A DNA stretch of 64,000 nt. It comes from Thermoanaerobaculia bacterium. GTDB lineage: Bacteria; Acidobacteriota; Thermoanaerobaculia; Multivoradales; SZUA-115. The translations under genes were made by a program, and so were the position numbers. Below the pieces are notes generated by a model, which saw only the letters and a list, made by a program, of their open reading frames with translations, was not told the DNA's origin and did no database searches. Positions 18,785 to 28,338 of this stretch are shown here, in pieces. The stretch covers positions 14,715 through 78,714 of the forward strand of contig JBIOXV010000172.1 in the NCBI GenBank assembly GCA_044869805.1, read 5' to 3'. Every line of letters begins with the position of its first letter. Position 1 is the stretch's first letter.

Positions 18785-19458
18785 GCTCGACCAGCTATCT
18801 GCCGCTCTTCCCGCTGCCCAACGTGGTGCATTTTCCGGGCACCGATCTGAAGCTCCACGTCTTCGAGCCGCGCTACCGCAAGCTGGTGCGCGACCTGCTC
18901 GAGGTGGCGCCCGAGAGCCGCTTCGTCGGCATGGTGCTGATGAAGCCGGGGGCCAGCAAGCTGGGCGTGCCGGAGGTGTTCCCGGGCGGCACCGCGGGCC
19001 TGCTGGTCGACGTCGAGCTGCTCGCGGACGGCCGCTCCAACATCCTGCTGCACGGCGACTTCCGTTTCGAGATCGAGCGCGAGGTCGACGCCAACCCCTA
19101 CCGGCGGGCCCTGGTGCGGCAGCTCGCCGAGCCACAGCTCGCCGAGGACGACGCCGGCATCCTGACCGTGCGCCGCGGCCTGCTCGAGCTGGTCGGCGCC
19201 CTGGCGGCGGAGATCGGCGACGCCTTCCCGTTGCGGCAAGAGCACTTCGGCGACGCCGCCGAGACGCTGCCCTTCGAGCTGCTGGTCAACCGCATCGCGG
19301 CGGAGATCGACCTGCCGGCGATGACCAAGATCCAGCTCTTGAACGACGCCCTGCCGGAGCGCGCCGTCAGCCTGCTCGACATCCTGCGCAACCGCCGGCA
19401 GGTGCTGGACGTGCTCCGCCCGTTCCGCCATCTGGCCACCGACAGCGAGCTCAATTGA
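18781..19458 (+). CDS. LON N-terminal (substrate-binding, PUA-like) domain protein
   Basis: LPLFPLPNVVHFPGTDLKLHVFEPRYRKLV is the LON N-domain signature. Its GTG start overlaps the folK stop (GTGA). Confidence 0.7.
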   Translation: MSSTSYLPLFPLPNVVHFPGTDLKLHVFEPRYRKLVRDLLEVAPESRFVGMVLMKPGASKLGVPEVFPGGTAGLLVDVELLADGRSNILLHGDFRFEIEREVDANPYRRALVRQLAEPQLAEDDAGILTVRRGLLELVGALAAEIGDAFPLRQEHFGDAAETLPFELLVNRIAAEIDLPAMTKIQLLNDALPERAVSLLDILRNRRQVLDVLRPFRHLATDSELN

Positions 19459-20651
19459 GCGTCCTTTCGCTGCGCGACCCGGTGCACGGCTTCATCCGTG
19501 CCGACGAGCTCGAGGCGGCGCTCATCGCCAGCGCGCCGGTGCAGCGGCTGCGCTTCATCCACCAGCTCGGCCTCTCGCACCTGGTCTTCCCCGGCGCCGA
19601 GCACAGCCGCTTCTCGCACGCGGTGGGCGCCATGGCGCTCGCCGGGCGGGTCTACGACCAGCTCGCGGCCAAGGGAGGCGGCCTGCTGCCGGACGACCGC
19701 CGGGCGCCGGAGCGCCGGCTGGTGCGGGCGGCGGCCCTGCTGCACGACATCGGCCACGCGCCCTACAGCCACTCGGCCGAGGAGCTGTTCGAGGAGGAGA
19801 TCGACCACGAGGAGATGACCCGTCGCCTGCTCGCCCTGCCCGAGGTGGAAAGCGCCTTTCGCAGTCACGGCCAGGGCCTGACGCCGGAGCACGTGCTCGC
19901 GCTGCTGGCCGGCGGCGAAGGGCCGACCGGCAGCCTGCTGGCGCAGATCGTTTCCGGCGAGCTCGACGTCGACAAGATGGACTACTTGCTGCGCGACAGC
20001 CTGTACTGCGGCGTGCGCTACGGCAACTACGACCTCGAGCGCCTGCTCGACACCATCGCGCCCCTGGCCGACGCCGAGGCCGGCCGCTGGGGGGTGGGGG
20101 TCGAGGAGGGCGGCGTGCACGCTCTCGAGGCGCTGGTGATGGCGCGCTACTACATGTTCACCCAGGTCTACTTCAACCTCACCAGCAAGGCGCTCGAGCT
20201 GCACTTGAACGAGTGGCTGCTGGCCGAGAACCGCCGTTGGCCGGCCGATCCGCGGGCCTTCCTCGCCGAGGACGACGTCTCGGTGCTGACCGCGATGCGG
20301 CGCTCGCCGAGCGTGCACGCGGCGGCAGTGGTGGAGCGCCGCCACTACCCGCTCGCCTACCAGACGCGGGAACACCTGTCGGCGGCCGACAACTCGCGCT
20401 TCCGCGCCCTGATCGCCGAGCTCTCGGCGGAGCTCGGCGCGGGCAGCCTGCTGATCTCGCACTCCTCGAAGGACTCGCACCGGCTGGGCAAGGCGCGGGT
20501 CCTGGTGCGGCGCCTCGACGGCGCGCTCGAGCCCATGGAACGCGCCAGCCACTTCATCGGCCACCTGCGGCGCATCGACCGCTTCCGGGTCTACACGCCG
20601 CCGGCGCTGGTCGACCAGGTGGCGGCGGCGATCAAGGAGCGCTGGGAGTAG
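19455..20651 (+). CDS. HD-domain phosphohydrolase (dNTP triphosphohydrolase-like)
   Basis: IRDPVHGFI, an HD motif (LLHDIGHAPYSH) and DKMDYLLRDSLYCGV are present. The TTG start at 19455 overlaps the preceding stop. Confidence 0.8.
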   Translation: MSVLSLRDPVHGFIRADELEAALIASAPVQRLRFIHQLGLSHLVFPGAEHSRFSHAVGAMALAGRVYDQLAAKGGGLLPDDRRAPERRLVRAAALLHDIGHAPYSHSAEELFEEEIDHEEMTRRLLALPEVESAFRSHGQGLTPEHVLALLAGGEGPTGSLLAQIVSGELDVDKMDYLLRDSLYCGVRYGNYDLERLLDTIAPLADAEAGRWGVGVEEGGVHALEALVMARYYMFTQVYFNLTSKALELHLNEWLLAENRRWPADPRAFLAEDDVSVLTAMRRSPSVHAAAVVERRHYPLAYQTREHLSAADNSRFRALIAELSAELGAGSLLISHSSKDSHRLGKARVLVRRLDGALEPMERASHFIGHLRRIDRFRVYTPPALVDQVAAAIKERWE

Positions 20652-20752
20652 GGGCGGCCCTCGTGGCCGCCCGTCCGAGGGCAGGCACAAGGCCTGCCCC
20701 TACAGGGCCAGCAGGTGGCGCCCTCGCCCGGCGCCGGCGTGGTGGGGAACCC

Positions 20753-22336
20753 TCAACCCCAAGGCCACCACTTCTTCCAGCCGCGCGCCTCCCCCTTGCG
20801 CAGCAGCTTCTCCATCTCGTGGCGCTGCCCCGCCGCCGCGGGATCGTCGGCCAGGTTGTAGAGCTCGTCCGGGTCGGCCTGGTGGTCGTAGAGCTCGGCG
20901 CGCTCGCGGCTGCCCCACTCGGTGTACCGGAAGCGCTCGGTGCGCACCGTCCTCGCCAGCTCGTCCTCGCCGTCGCCGATCGAGAGCACGGTGTAGGCCG
21001 GGCGTTCCCAGGCCGCGGCCGGCTGGCGCAGCAGGGGCAGCAGGCTCTTGCCCTCGAGCCCCTCCGGCAGCGGCAGCCCGGCCAGCTCGGACAGCGTCGG
21101 GTAGAGGTCGAGGAGCTCGACCGGCCGCGGGCAACGCGCGCCGGCGGCGATGCCCGGCCCGGTCACCATCAGCGGCACCCGCACCGCCGGCTCGTAGAGC
21201 GCCCCCTTGCCCCACAGGCCGCCGTGCTCGCCGAGCAGGAAGCCGTGGTCGGAGGTCAGCACCACCACCGTGCTCTCCGCCAGGCCCAGCTTGTCCAGCG
21301 CCTCGAGCACCAGCCCGACCTGCGAGTCGACGTAGGACACCGAGGCGTAGTACGAGGCGATCACCCGGCGCTGCTCGTCGGGCGTCATCGACGGGAAGCT
21401 CGCTCGGGTGTGCACGGCGCGCGGCGGCACCGGGGGCGCGCCGGGCGGCGGCGCGATCGGCAGCTCGATCGACTCCGGCGGGTAGAGGGCGAAGAACTTC
21501 TCCGGCGCCTCGAAGGGCAGGTGCGGCCGGTGGAAGCCCAGGGCCATGAAGAACGGCTCCTCGCGGCGCTGCGAGCGCTTGAGCCAGCGCACGGCCTCCT
21601 CGGCCACGTGGTGGTCGCGGAGGTTCAACCTCGCCTCGGCGCCCTCGACCACGATGGGTGAGAGCAGGCGGTTCTCGCCCTCGCCGTCGTCAGCCGCCGG
21701 GTCCTCGTGGCGCTGCGGCGCCGCCCGGCCCTCCTCCCCGGCTCGCGCGGAGGCTCTGGCATTCGGCTCGTCCCGGGCGCTCGGCTCGCGCTTGGCGCCG
21801 GCCTGGGACGCCTCACCCAGCTTGAGCTTGGCGAGCGGCCGGTTGAGCTTGCCGACCACATCCCACTCGATGGCGCCCTCGAAGGCGACGCCGTGCAGGA
21901 TCTTGCCGGCGCGCATGGTCCAGTAGCCATGCTGCCGGAAATGGGTCGGCAGCGAGACGTTCTCCGCCAAGGCACGGGCGGGAGGCGTGCGCATGGAGAG
22001 CACGCCGAGGGTCTGCGGCCGGCGTCCCGCCAGGAACGAGGTCCGCGAGGGATTGCACAGCGGGTACTGGCAGTAGGCGCGCTCGAAGACCACGCCGCGA
22101 GCGGCCAGGCGGTCGACGCTCGGTGTCGAAACCCGCGCGTTGCCGTAGGCGCCGAGCGCGGTGTTGAGGTCGTCGACGACCATCAGCAGCACGTTGGGCC
22201 GCGGCCCGGCGGGCGCCGGCGCGGAGGCCATCTCGCCGCGGCAACCCGAGAGCAGACCACCCAGGGACAGGCAGCCCAGCAGCACCAGGGCCGCGAGCGG
22301 ACCGACACGACAAGCCTTCACTCGGGCCTCTTTCAT
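20753..22336 (-). CDS. Sulfatase (Cys-type, formylglycine-dependent) carrying a long low-complexity internal insertion
   Basis: Signal peptide present. The sulfatase signature CNPSRTSFLAGRR (CxPxR) and alkaline-phosphatase-superfamily motifs are visible. An insertion of about 60 aa rich in acidic residues and Ala lies near residues 170-235. Confidence 0.85.
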   Translation of the reverse strand: MKEARVKACRVGPLAALVLLGCLSLGGLLSGCRGEMASAPAPAGPRPNVLLMVVDDLNTALGAYGNARVSTPSVDRLAARGVVFERAYCQYPLCNPSRTSFLAGRRPQTLGVLSMRTPPARALAENVSLPTHFRQHGYWTMRAGKILHGVAFEGAIEWDVVGKLNRPLAKLKLGEASQAGAKREPSARDEPNARASARAGEEGRAAPQRHEDPAADDGEGENRLLSPIVVEGAEARLNLRDHHVAEEAVRWLKRSQRREEPFFMALGFHRPHLPFEAPEKFFALYPPESIELPIAPPPGAPPVPPRAVHTRASFPSMTPDEQRRVIASYYASVSYVDSQVGLVLEALDKLGLAESTVVVLTSDHGFLLGEHGGLWGKGALYEPAVRVPLMVTGPGIAAGARCPRPVELLDLYPTLSELAGLPLPEGLEGKSLLPLLRQPAAAWERPAYTVLSIGDGEDELARTVRTERFRYTEWGSRERAELYDHQADPDELYNLADDPAAAGQRHEMEKLLRKGEARGWKKWWPWG

Positions 22337-22351
22337 TCGTCAACCCCCAGA

Positions 22352-23236
22352 CTAGCCCGCACAGCGGAACCCCAGGCTGTTGAGGCCACTGTCCGGCGTC
22401 GCCTGGCTGCGCGCCGCCACGCGGTAGCCCGTGCAGTAGTTCTCGCTGCACAGGAACGAGCCGCCGCGGATCGACCGCGCCTCGCCGGTGGCCGGGCCTC
22501 GCGGGTCGTCGCGCGGGCTCTCGGCGTAGTAGCCGGGGTCGTACCAGTCGGCCGTCCATTCCCAGACGTTGCCGGTCATGTCGTAGAGCCCGAGGCCGTT
22601 GGGCGGGAAGCTCTCGACCGGGGCGCGGCTCACGAATCCGTCCTCCCCCTCGTCCCCGAGCGGGAAGCTGCCCTGGTAGACGTTGGTGTGGTGCCTGCCC
22701 TCGGCCAGCAGCTCGTCGCCCCAGCCGTAGGCCCTGCCCTCCAGCCCGCCGCGCGCCGCGAGCTCGAACTCGGCCTCGGTGGGCAGGCGGCCGCCGCGCC
22801 AGCGGCAGAAGGCGACGGCGTCGTTCCAGGAGACCTGCGTCACCGGCTCTCTCTCCTGCGCTCGCCGCCCAGGCCCCTCCGGCTCCCTCCAGCTCGCACC
22901 GTCGACCTTCGTCCACTCGCCACGCTGTGCATCGAAGGCGCCCGACCAGCCGAAGCCCTCGGCCTCGGTCCGGTAGCCGGTAGCCTCGACGAAGCGGGCG
23001 AACTCGCCGACCGTGACCTCGTGGCGGTCGATGGCGAAGGGCTGCAAGCGGACCTCGTGCACCGGGCCTTCGTAGGGAAAGCCTTGGTCCGTGCCCATGT
23101 GGAACGAGCCGCCTGCGATGCGCACCATGGATGCGGTGGCCAGGGATCCCCCGGCGGCCGGCGGCGCCGGGGCGCCGCAGGAGCAGGCGAGCAGCGCAGC
23201 GGTCAGCAGGGCGACGGCAGGGCAGCGGCAGCTCAT
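22352..23236 (-). CDS. Formylglycine-generating enzyme (FGE/SUMF1 family)
   Basis: FGE-sulfatase domain motifs are present (RGGSFLC, YRVAARS, GFRCA), with a signal peptide. It lies immediately upstream of the sulfatase on the same strand. Confidence 0.85.
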   Translation of the reverse strand: MSCRCPAVALLTAALLACSCGAPAPPAAGGSLATASMVRIAGGSFHMGTDQGFPYEGPVHEVRLQPFAIDRHEVTVGEFARFVEATGYRTEAEGFGWSGAFDAQRGEWTKVDGASWREPEGPGRRAQEREPVTQVSWNDAVAFCRWRGGRLPTEAEFELAARGGLEGRAYGWGDELLAEGRHHTNVYQGSFPLGDEGEDGFVSRAPVESFPPNGLGLYDMTGNVWEWTADWYDPGYYAESPRDDPRGPATGEARSIRGGSFLCSENYCTGYRVAARSQATPDSGLNSLGFRCAG

Positions 23237-24138
23237 CGCAGCAAGTCCCGGAGCGCCGCTTCGAGGTCGGGGAAGCGGAACGAGAAGCCGAGCTCTGCGA
23301 GGCGTCTGGGTACGGCCCGCTGGCTGACCAGCAGGGCGTCGGCCATCTCGCCCAGCGCCAGCCGCACGGCGAAGGACGGGGCGGGCAGGAGGCTCGGGCG
23401 CCGCAGCACCCGGCCCAGGGTGCGCGCCAGCTCGCGCGCGGTGACGGGCCGGGGTGCGGTCAGGTTGAAGGGGCCGCTCGCGGTCTCGTGCGCGAGCAGG
23501 AAGCGGATGGCGGCAACGTGGTCGGCGACGTGGATCCAGGGCCGCCAGGCATCGGCGCCGCCCACCGTTCCGCCGGCGAAGAGGCGGAACGGCAGCGCCA
23601 GCCGGGGCAGCGCGCCACCCTCCCGCGCCAGCACCATGGCGGTGCGCAGCACGGCGCGCCGCACGCCAAGCGCCTCGACGTCGGCCGTCACCGCCTCCCA
23701 GTCGCGGCAGACCTCGGCCAGGAACCCCGACCCCAGGGGCGAGCCCTCGTCGAGCTCGCGGGCGCCGCCGTCGCCGTAGCAGCCTACCCCCGAAGCCTGC
23801 AGCAGCACCCGCGGCTTCTCCTCCGCCTGCTCCACGGCGGCGAGCACCGCCTCGCCGGAGCGCACGCGGCTGTCGTAGATGCGGCGCTTGCGAGCCGCCG
23901 TCCAGCGGCCGGCGCCGATGTTCTCGCCCGCCAGGTGGACGATCGCCGCGCCGGCCACCAGGTGGCCCCAGCCGGTGGCGGTCTTGGCGTCCCAGCCCAC
24001 GGCCCGCACCCCCGGCGGCAGGGCCCCGGCGGCCGACGGGTCGCGGGTCAGCACCACGACTTCGTGGCCGCCGGCCGCGAGCTCGCGCCGCAGGTGGCTG
24101 CCGATCAGGCCGGTGCCGCCGGTGATGAGAACGCGCAT
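23233..24138 (-). CDS. TIGR01777-family NAD-dependent epimerase/dehydratase-like protein (SDR39U1/YfcH-like, with DUF1731 at the C-terminus)
   Basis: MRVLITGGTGLIGSHL is a Rossmann N-terminus. The length and C-terminal region fit the YfcH-like family. The internal ATG at 24136-24138 was chosen as the start. Confidence 0.75.
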   Translation of the reverse strand: MRVLITGGTGLIGSHLRRELAAGGHEVVVLTRDPSAAGALPPGVRAVGWDAKTATGWGHLVAGAAIVHLAGENIGAGRWTAARKRRIYDSRVRSGEAVLAAVEQAEEKPRVLLQASGVGCYGDGGARELDEGSPLGSGFLAEVCRDWEAVTADVEALGVRRAVLRTAMVLAREGGALPRLALPFRLFAGGTVGGADAWRPWIHVADHVAAIRFLLAHETASGPFNLTAPRPVTARELARTLGRVLRRPSLLPAPSFAVRLALGEMADALLVSQRAVPRRLAELGFSFRFPDLEAALRDLLR

Positions 24139-24193
24139 CGAAGAGTTAGAGCGCTGAACGAGGCCACGAGACAAACCGTCGCGAGCGGGTGGC

Positions 24194-25939
24194 TCATACC
24201 ACTGCCAGTTCCTCTTCGAGCTGCTGCCTGCGCTCCAGGTCCGCGTAGTAGCCGCCGCGGGCCACCAGCTCGCCGTGGGTGCCGCGCTCGACGATCCGCC
24301 CCTGCTCGAGCACCACGATCTGGTCCGCCGACTTGACGGTGGACACGCGGTGCGAGACCAGGAACACCGTGCGGCCGGCGAAGATGCGCCGCAGGTTGGC
24401 GAGGATCTTCTCCTCGGTATGGGTGTCGACCGCCGACAGGCAGTCGTCGAGCAGCAGAATACGCGGCCGGCGCAGCAGGGCGCGGGCCAGCGCCACGCGC
24501 TGCTTCTGGCCGCCGGAGAGCGTGATCCCCCGCTCCCCCACCATGGTCTCGAGGCCGCGCGGGAAGCCGGCCAAGTCCTCGTCGAGGCCGGCGAGCAGCG
24601 CCGCCTCGAGCACCTGCTCGTCGCTCGCCTCCGGCACGCCGAGGGCGATGTTGTCGCGCACCGTGGCCGAGAACAGGAAGGTCTCCTGCGGCACCATGCC
24701 GATCGCGGCGCGCAAGGTGGCGAGCGGAAGCTGGCGCACGTCGATGCCGTCCACCGCCAGGGTGGCGGGCGGCGGGTCGATCAGCCGCGGGACGAGCGAC
24801 AGCAGCGTGCTCTTGCCCGAGCCGGTGCGGCCGACGATCGCCACCGTGCTGCCGGCCGGCGCGTCGAGGTCGAGCCCCAAGAGCACCGGCGCTCCCTCGC
24901 CGTAGGCGAAGTCGAGCTCCCGGAAGCGCACCGCGCCGCGAATGGTGTGGCCGGCGAAGGCCTCGCTGCCGGCCAAGTCGGCGATCGCCGGCTCGATCTC
25001 CATCACCTCGCGGATGCGGCCCAGCGAAGCCGTGCCGCGCTCGACCAGGTTCGAGACCCAGCCGACGGCGATCATCGGCCACACCATGCGGCCGAGGAAG
25101 AAGTTGAAGGTCACGAACTCGCCGACGCTGATCGCGCCCTGGCGCACCAGCAGGCCGCCATAGCCGAGCACCACCACGTAGCCCAGGCCGATCAGCCCTT
25201 CGAGCGCCGGCATGAAGGCGGCGTTCCAGCGGATAAGGCTGCGGTTGGCCTCGACGTTGGCGCGGTTGGCGCGGTCGAAGCTCGCCTCCTCGAAGCGCTC
25301 GCGGGCATAGGCGCGCACCACTCGCACCCCGGCCAGGTGCTCCTGCACCCGTGCCGAGAGCGAGGAGAACCGCTCCTGCACGGTGGTGAAGAGCTGGTGG
25401 ATGCGGGTGCCGAACCCGCGCGTGGCCACCGCCGTGAGCGGCATGGTGGCGAGCGCCGCCAGCGCCAGCAGGGGGTGGATTCGCAGCATGAAGAACAGCG
25501 ACCCGAGGCCGGTGAACAACGTGTTGCCGGCGTACATGATCGCCGGCCCGCAGATCATGCGCACCGCCGAGAGATCGTTGGTGGCGCGCGCCATCAGGTC
25601 GCCGGTCTGGCGGTTCTGGAAGAAGGACAACGGCTGCTTCTCGAGGTGGGCGAAAAAGCGGGTGATCATGTCGCGCTCGATCGAACGGCTCATGGTCACC
25701 AGGATCATGCGCTGCAGGTAGGTGAACAGGCCGCGCACCGCCGCCACCCCGATCAGCAGGCCGGCGTAGAGCAGGATCGTGCGACTCGAGAGCTCGGCGG
25801 TGAGCGCGTCCACGGCGCGGCCGAGCAGGATCGGCGAGGCGAGCCCCACCACCGAGGCGGCGAGGATCGCCGCCATGCCCGCGGTGAGCGATCCCCGATA
25901 GCGGCGGAAGTAGGGAAGGAGGTAAGAGAGCTTCTTCAT
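24194..25939 (-). CDS. ABC transporter, fused permease/ATPase exporter (MsbA-like)
   Basis: Six N-terminal TM helices are followed by an NBD with Walker A (GRTGSGKST), the signature LSGGQKQR and Walker B (ILLLDD). An alternative start at 25966 is possible. Confidence 0.85.
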   Translation of the reverse strand: MKKLSYLLPYFRRYRGSLTAGMAAILAASVVGLASPILLGRAVDALTAELSSRTILLYAGLLIGVAAVRGLFTYLQRMILVTMSRSIERDMITRFFAHLEKQPLSFFQNRQTGDLMARATNDLSAVRMICGPAIMYAGNTLFTGLGSLFFMLRIHPLLALAALATMPLTAVATRGFGTRIHQLFTTVQERFSSLSARVQEHLAGVRVVRAYARERFEEASFDRANRANVEANRSLIRWNAAFMPALEGLIGLGYVVVLGYGGLLVRQGAISVGEFVTFNFFLGRMVWPMIAVGWVSNLVERGTASLGRIREVMEIEPAIADLAGSEAFAGHTIRGAVRFRELDFAYGEGAPVLLGLDLDAPAGSTVAIVGRTGSGKSTLLSLVPRLIDPPPATLAVDGIDVRQLPLATLRAAIGMVPQETFLFSATVRDNIALGVPEASDEQVLEAALLAGLDEDLAGFPRGLETMVGERGITLSGGQKQRVALARALLRRPRILLLDDCLSAVDTHTEEKILANLRRIFAGRTVFLVSHRVSTVKSADQIVVLEQGRIVERGTHGELVARGGYYADLERRQQLEEELAVV

Positions 25940-26013
25940 AGGCGAGCCCCGGCGAGACGAGCGCAAAGGATACTACGGTGCCCGGAGTCACCCCGGCACT
26001 ACAATCGCCGCCG

Positions 26014-28326
26014 ATGCCGGACCCGAGCCGTACCGCGCCGCGTGCGCAGGAGCCCGTCGAGCTGGTGCTGGTCGGCGCCGGCCACTCGCACGTGCAGGTG
26101 CTGCGCTCCTTCGCCATGGAGCCCCCTTCCGGCGCACGGGTCACGCTGGTCGTCGACACGCCGCTCGCCGTCTACTCGGGCATGGTGCCGGGCTTCGTGG
26201 CCGGCCAGTATCGGGCCGCGGAGCTCGAGATCGACGCCGTGCCGCTGGCGCGGCGGGCCGGCGCGAGGGTGATCCTGGCGCGCTGCTCGGGGATCGACCC
26301 GGTGGCGCGGCGCATCGAGCTCGAGGGACGGCCCGCGATCCCCTACGACCTGGCCTCGCTCGACGTCGGCTCCACCGTTGCCGGCCTAGAGCTGCCCGGC
26401 GTCGCGGCCCGCGCCATCCCCACGCGGCCGATCGGCCGCTTCGTGGGCCGGGTGGCCGCGGTGGAGGAGGCGGCGCGGGCCGCGTTCCGGTCGCGGGCGC
26501 CCTTTCGGGTGGTGATAGTGGGCGGCGGCGCCGGCGGCGTGGAGCTCGCTGCCACCATCCGCACCCGGCTGGAGAGCGGGCCGCGCGAGGAAGGCAGCCG
26601 CCTGGAGGTCTTCCTGGTCGACGGCGATGCGCGCCTGCTCCCCGGCTATCCCGAGCGCCTGGCGCGCCGCGTCGAGCGGGCGCTCGCGCGGCGAGGTGTC
26701 CAGCTCCTCACCGGCCGCACGGTGCTCGCGGCCGAGGACGGCGCGGTCCTCCTCGACGACGGCTCGCGCCTGCCTTGCGACGCGCTCCTCTGGGTGACCG
26801 GAGCGGCCAGCTTTCCCCTCTTCCAGCCCTCGGGCCTCGCCACCGACTCGCGGGGTTTCGTGCTCACCCGGCCGACGCTGCAGGTGATCGGCCACGACGA
26901 CCTGTTCGCGGCCGGCGACTGCTCCACGCTTGCCGACTACCCCGCCACCCGCAAGGCCGGTGTGTACGCTGTGCGCCAGGGCCCGGTGCTGACCCGCAAC
27001 CTGCGCGCCGTCCTGGCCGGCGGCCCGGGCGCGCCGCTCGAGCGCTATCGCCCGCAGACCGATTTCCTGACCCTCCTCAACCTGGGGGACGGCACCGCCG
27101 TGGGCGCCAAGTGGGGCCTCTCCTTCGAGGGCCGCTGGATGATGCGGTGGAAGGACTGGATCGACCGCCGCTTCATGCGCCGCTTCCAGATGCTGGCACC
27201 CGACGGGGCGCCCGGGCCGGCGCTGGCCACCATGCCGCCGATGGAGGGCGCCATGGAGCCGGTGTGCGGCGGCTGCGCCGCGAAGCTCTCACAGGACGCC
27301 CTGGCGCGCGCCCTCGGACGCCTCGGAGCGTCGCCGGCCGCGCCCGAGGTGGTGCTCGGTCTCGCCGAGGCCGACGACGCCGCGGCCTTTCGCACCCCGG
27401 GCGGCGAGCTGCTGGTGGCGAGCGTCGACTCCTTCCGCGCCTTCACCGACGACCCCTACCTGGTCGGCCGGGTGGCGGCGGCCAACGCCGTCTCCGACCT
27501 CGAGGCCAAGGGAGTGGCGCCGCGCTGGGCCCTGGCCCTGGTGGCGCTGCCGCTCGCGGCCGGCGAGCGCGAGGCCGAGGAGACGCTCCTCCAGGTGCTC
27601 GCCGGCGCGCGCGCCGCCTTCGACCCGCTGGGCGTGCGCCTGGTGGGCGGCCACACCAGCCGCGCCACCGAGCTGCAGGTGGGCTTCAGCGTGCAGGGGA
27701 TCGCGGCCTCGGAAGGCGAGCTGCTGCGCCGGCACGGCCGGCTCGAGGCCGGCCAGGCCCTGGTCCTCACCCGGCCCCTCGGCACCGGCGTGCTCCTCCA
27801 CGCCGACATGGCCGGTCGGGCGCGCGGGCCGTGGCTCACGGCCGCCCTCGCCTCGATGCTCACCGGCAACGGCACCGCGGCCGGGGTCGCCCGCGAGGCG
27901 GGGGCCACGGCCTCGACCGACGTCACCGGCTTCGGCCTCGCCGGCCACTTGGTGGCGATGCTCGCCGGGAGCGGCCTCGCTGCCCGCCTGGAGCTCGCCT
28001 CGCTGCCCGCCCTGCCCGGCGCCCTCGAGCTCCTGGCCCGCGGCGAGCGCAGCACCTTTCACGACGAGAACGCCCGCCTGCGCCGCGCCCTGGCCATCCC
28101 CGCGGCCGCGGCCGGCGACCCGCGCCTCGAGCTGCTGTTCGATCCCCAGACCGCCGGCGGGCTGTTGCTGGCGCTGCCGGCCGCGGCGGCGCCGGAAGCG
28201 GTCTCCCGCCTGCGCGCCGCAGGCTGTCTCCAGGCGGCCGTGATCGGCGACATCACGCCGGGCAGGGCCGACGGCGCCGTGGCAGAGGTCATCGTCGCGT
28301 CCGTGGCTCGGTCCCCTGCTTCCTGA
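26014..28326 (+). CDS. selD: Fusion protein: pyridine nucleotide-disulfide (NADH dehydrogenase-like) oxidoreductase domain joined to selenide, water dikinase SelD (Cys-type)
   Basis: The N-terminal roughly 400 aa carry FAD/NAD Rossmann motifs (LVLVGAGHSH; VVIVGGGAGGVE). The C-terminal part is AIR-synthase-related SelD, with VCGGCAAKL at the active site and DDAAAF...LLVASVDSF. An alternative start at 25978 is possible. Confidence 0.8.
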   Translation: MPDPSRTAPRAQEPVELVLVGAGHSHVQVLRSFAMEPPSGARVTLVVDTPLAVYSGMVPGFVAGQYRAAELEIDAVPLARRAGARVILARCSGIDPVARRIELEGRPAIPYDLASLDVGSTVAGLELPGVAARAIPTRPIGRFVGRVAAVEEAARAAFRSRAPFRVVIVGGGAGGVELAATIRTRLESGPREEGSRLEVFLVDGDARLLPGYPERLARRVERALARRGVQLLTGRTVLAAEDGAVLLDDGSRLPCDALLWVTGAASFPLFQPSGLATDSRGFVLTRPTLQVIGHDDLFAAGDCSTLADYPATRKAGVYAVRQGPVLTRNLRAVLAGGPGAPLERYRPQTDFLTLLNLGDGTAVGAKWGLSFEGRWMMRWKDWIDRRFMRRFQMLAPDGAPGPALATMPPMEGAMEPVCGGCAAKLSQDALARALGRLGASPAAPEVVLGLAEADDAAAFRTPGGELLVASVDSFRAFTDDPYLVGRVAAANAVSDLEAKGVAPRWALALVALPLAAGEREAEETLLQVLAGARAAFDPLGVRLVGGHTSRATELQVGFSVQGIAASEGELLRRHGRLEAGQALVLTRPLGTGVLLHADMAGRARGPWLTAALASMLTGNGTAAGVAREAGATASTDVTGFGLAGHLVAMLAGSGLAARLELASLPALPGALELLARGERSTFHDENARLRRALAIPAAAAGDPRLELLFDPQTAGGLLLALPAAAAPEAVSRLRAAGCLQAAVIGDITPGRADGAVAEVIVASVARSPAS

Positions 28327-28338
28327 TCTCTCGCCGCC

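Noticed and set aside
25940-26013. Alternative longer starts for the ABC exporter (25966) and the SelD fusion (25978).
   Set aside because: They would leave only 11 bp between divergent genes. The internal ATGs give conserved-looking N-termini and a more plausible 74-bp divergent region, but this is unverified.
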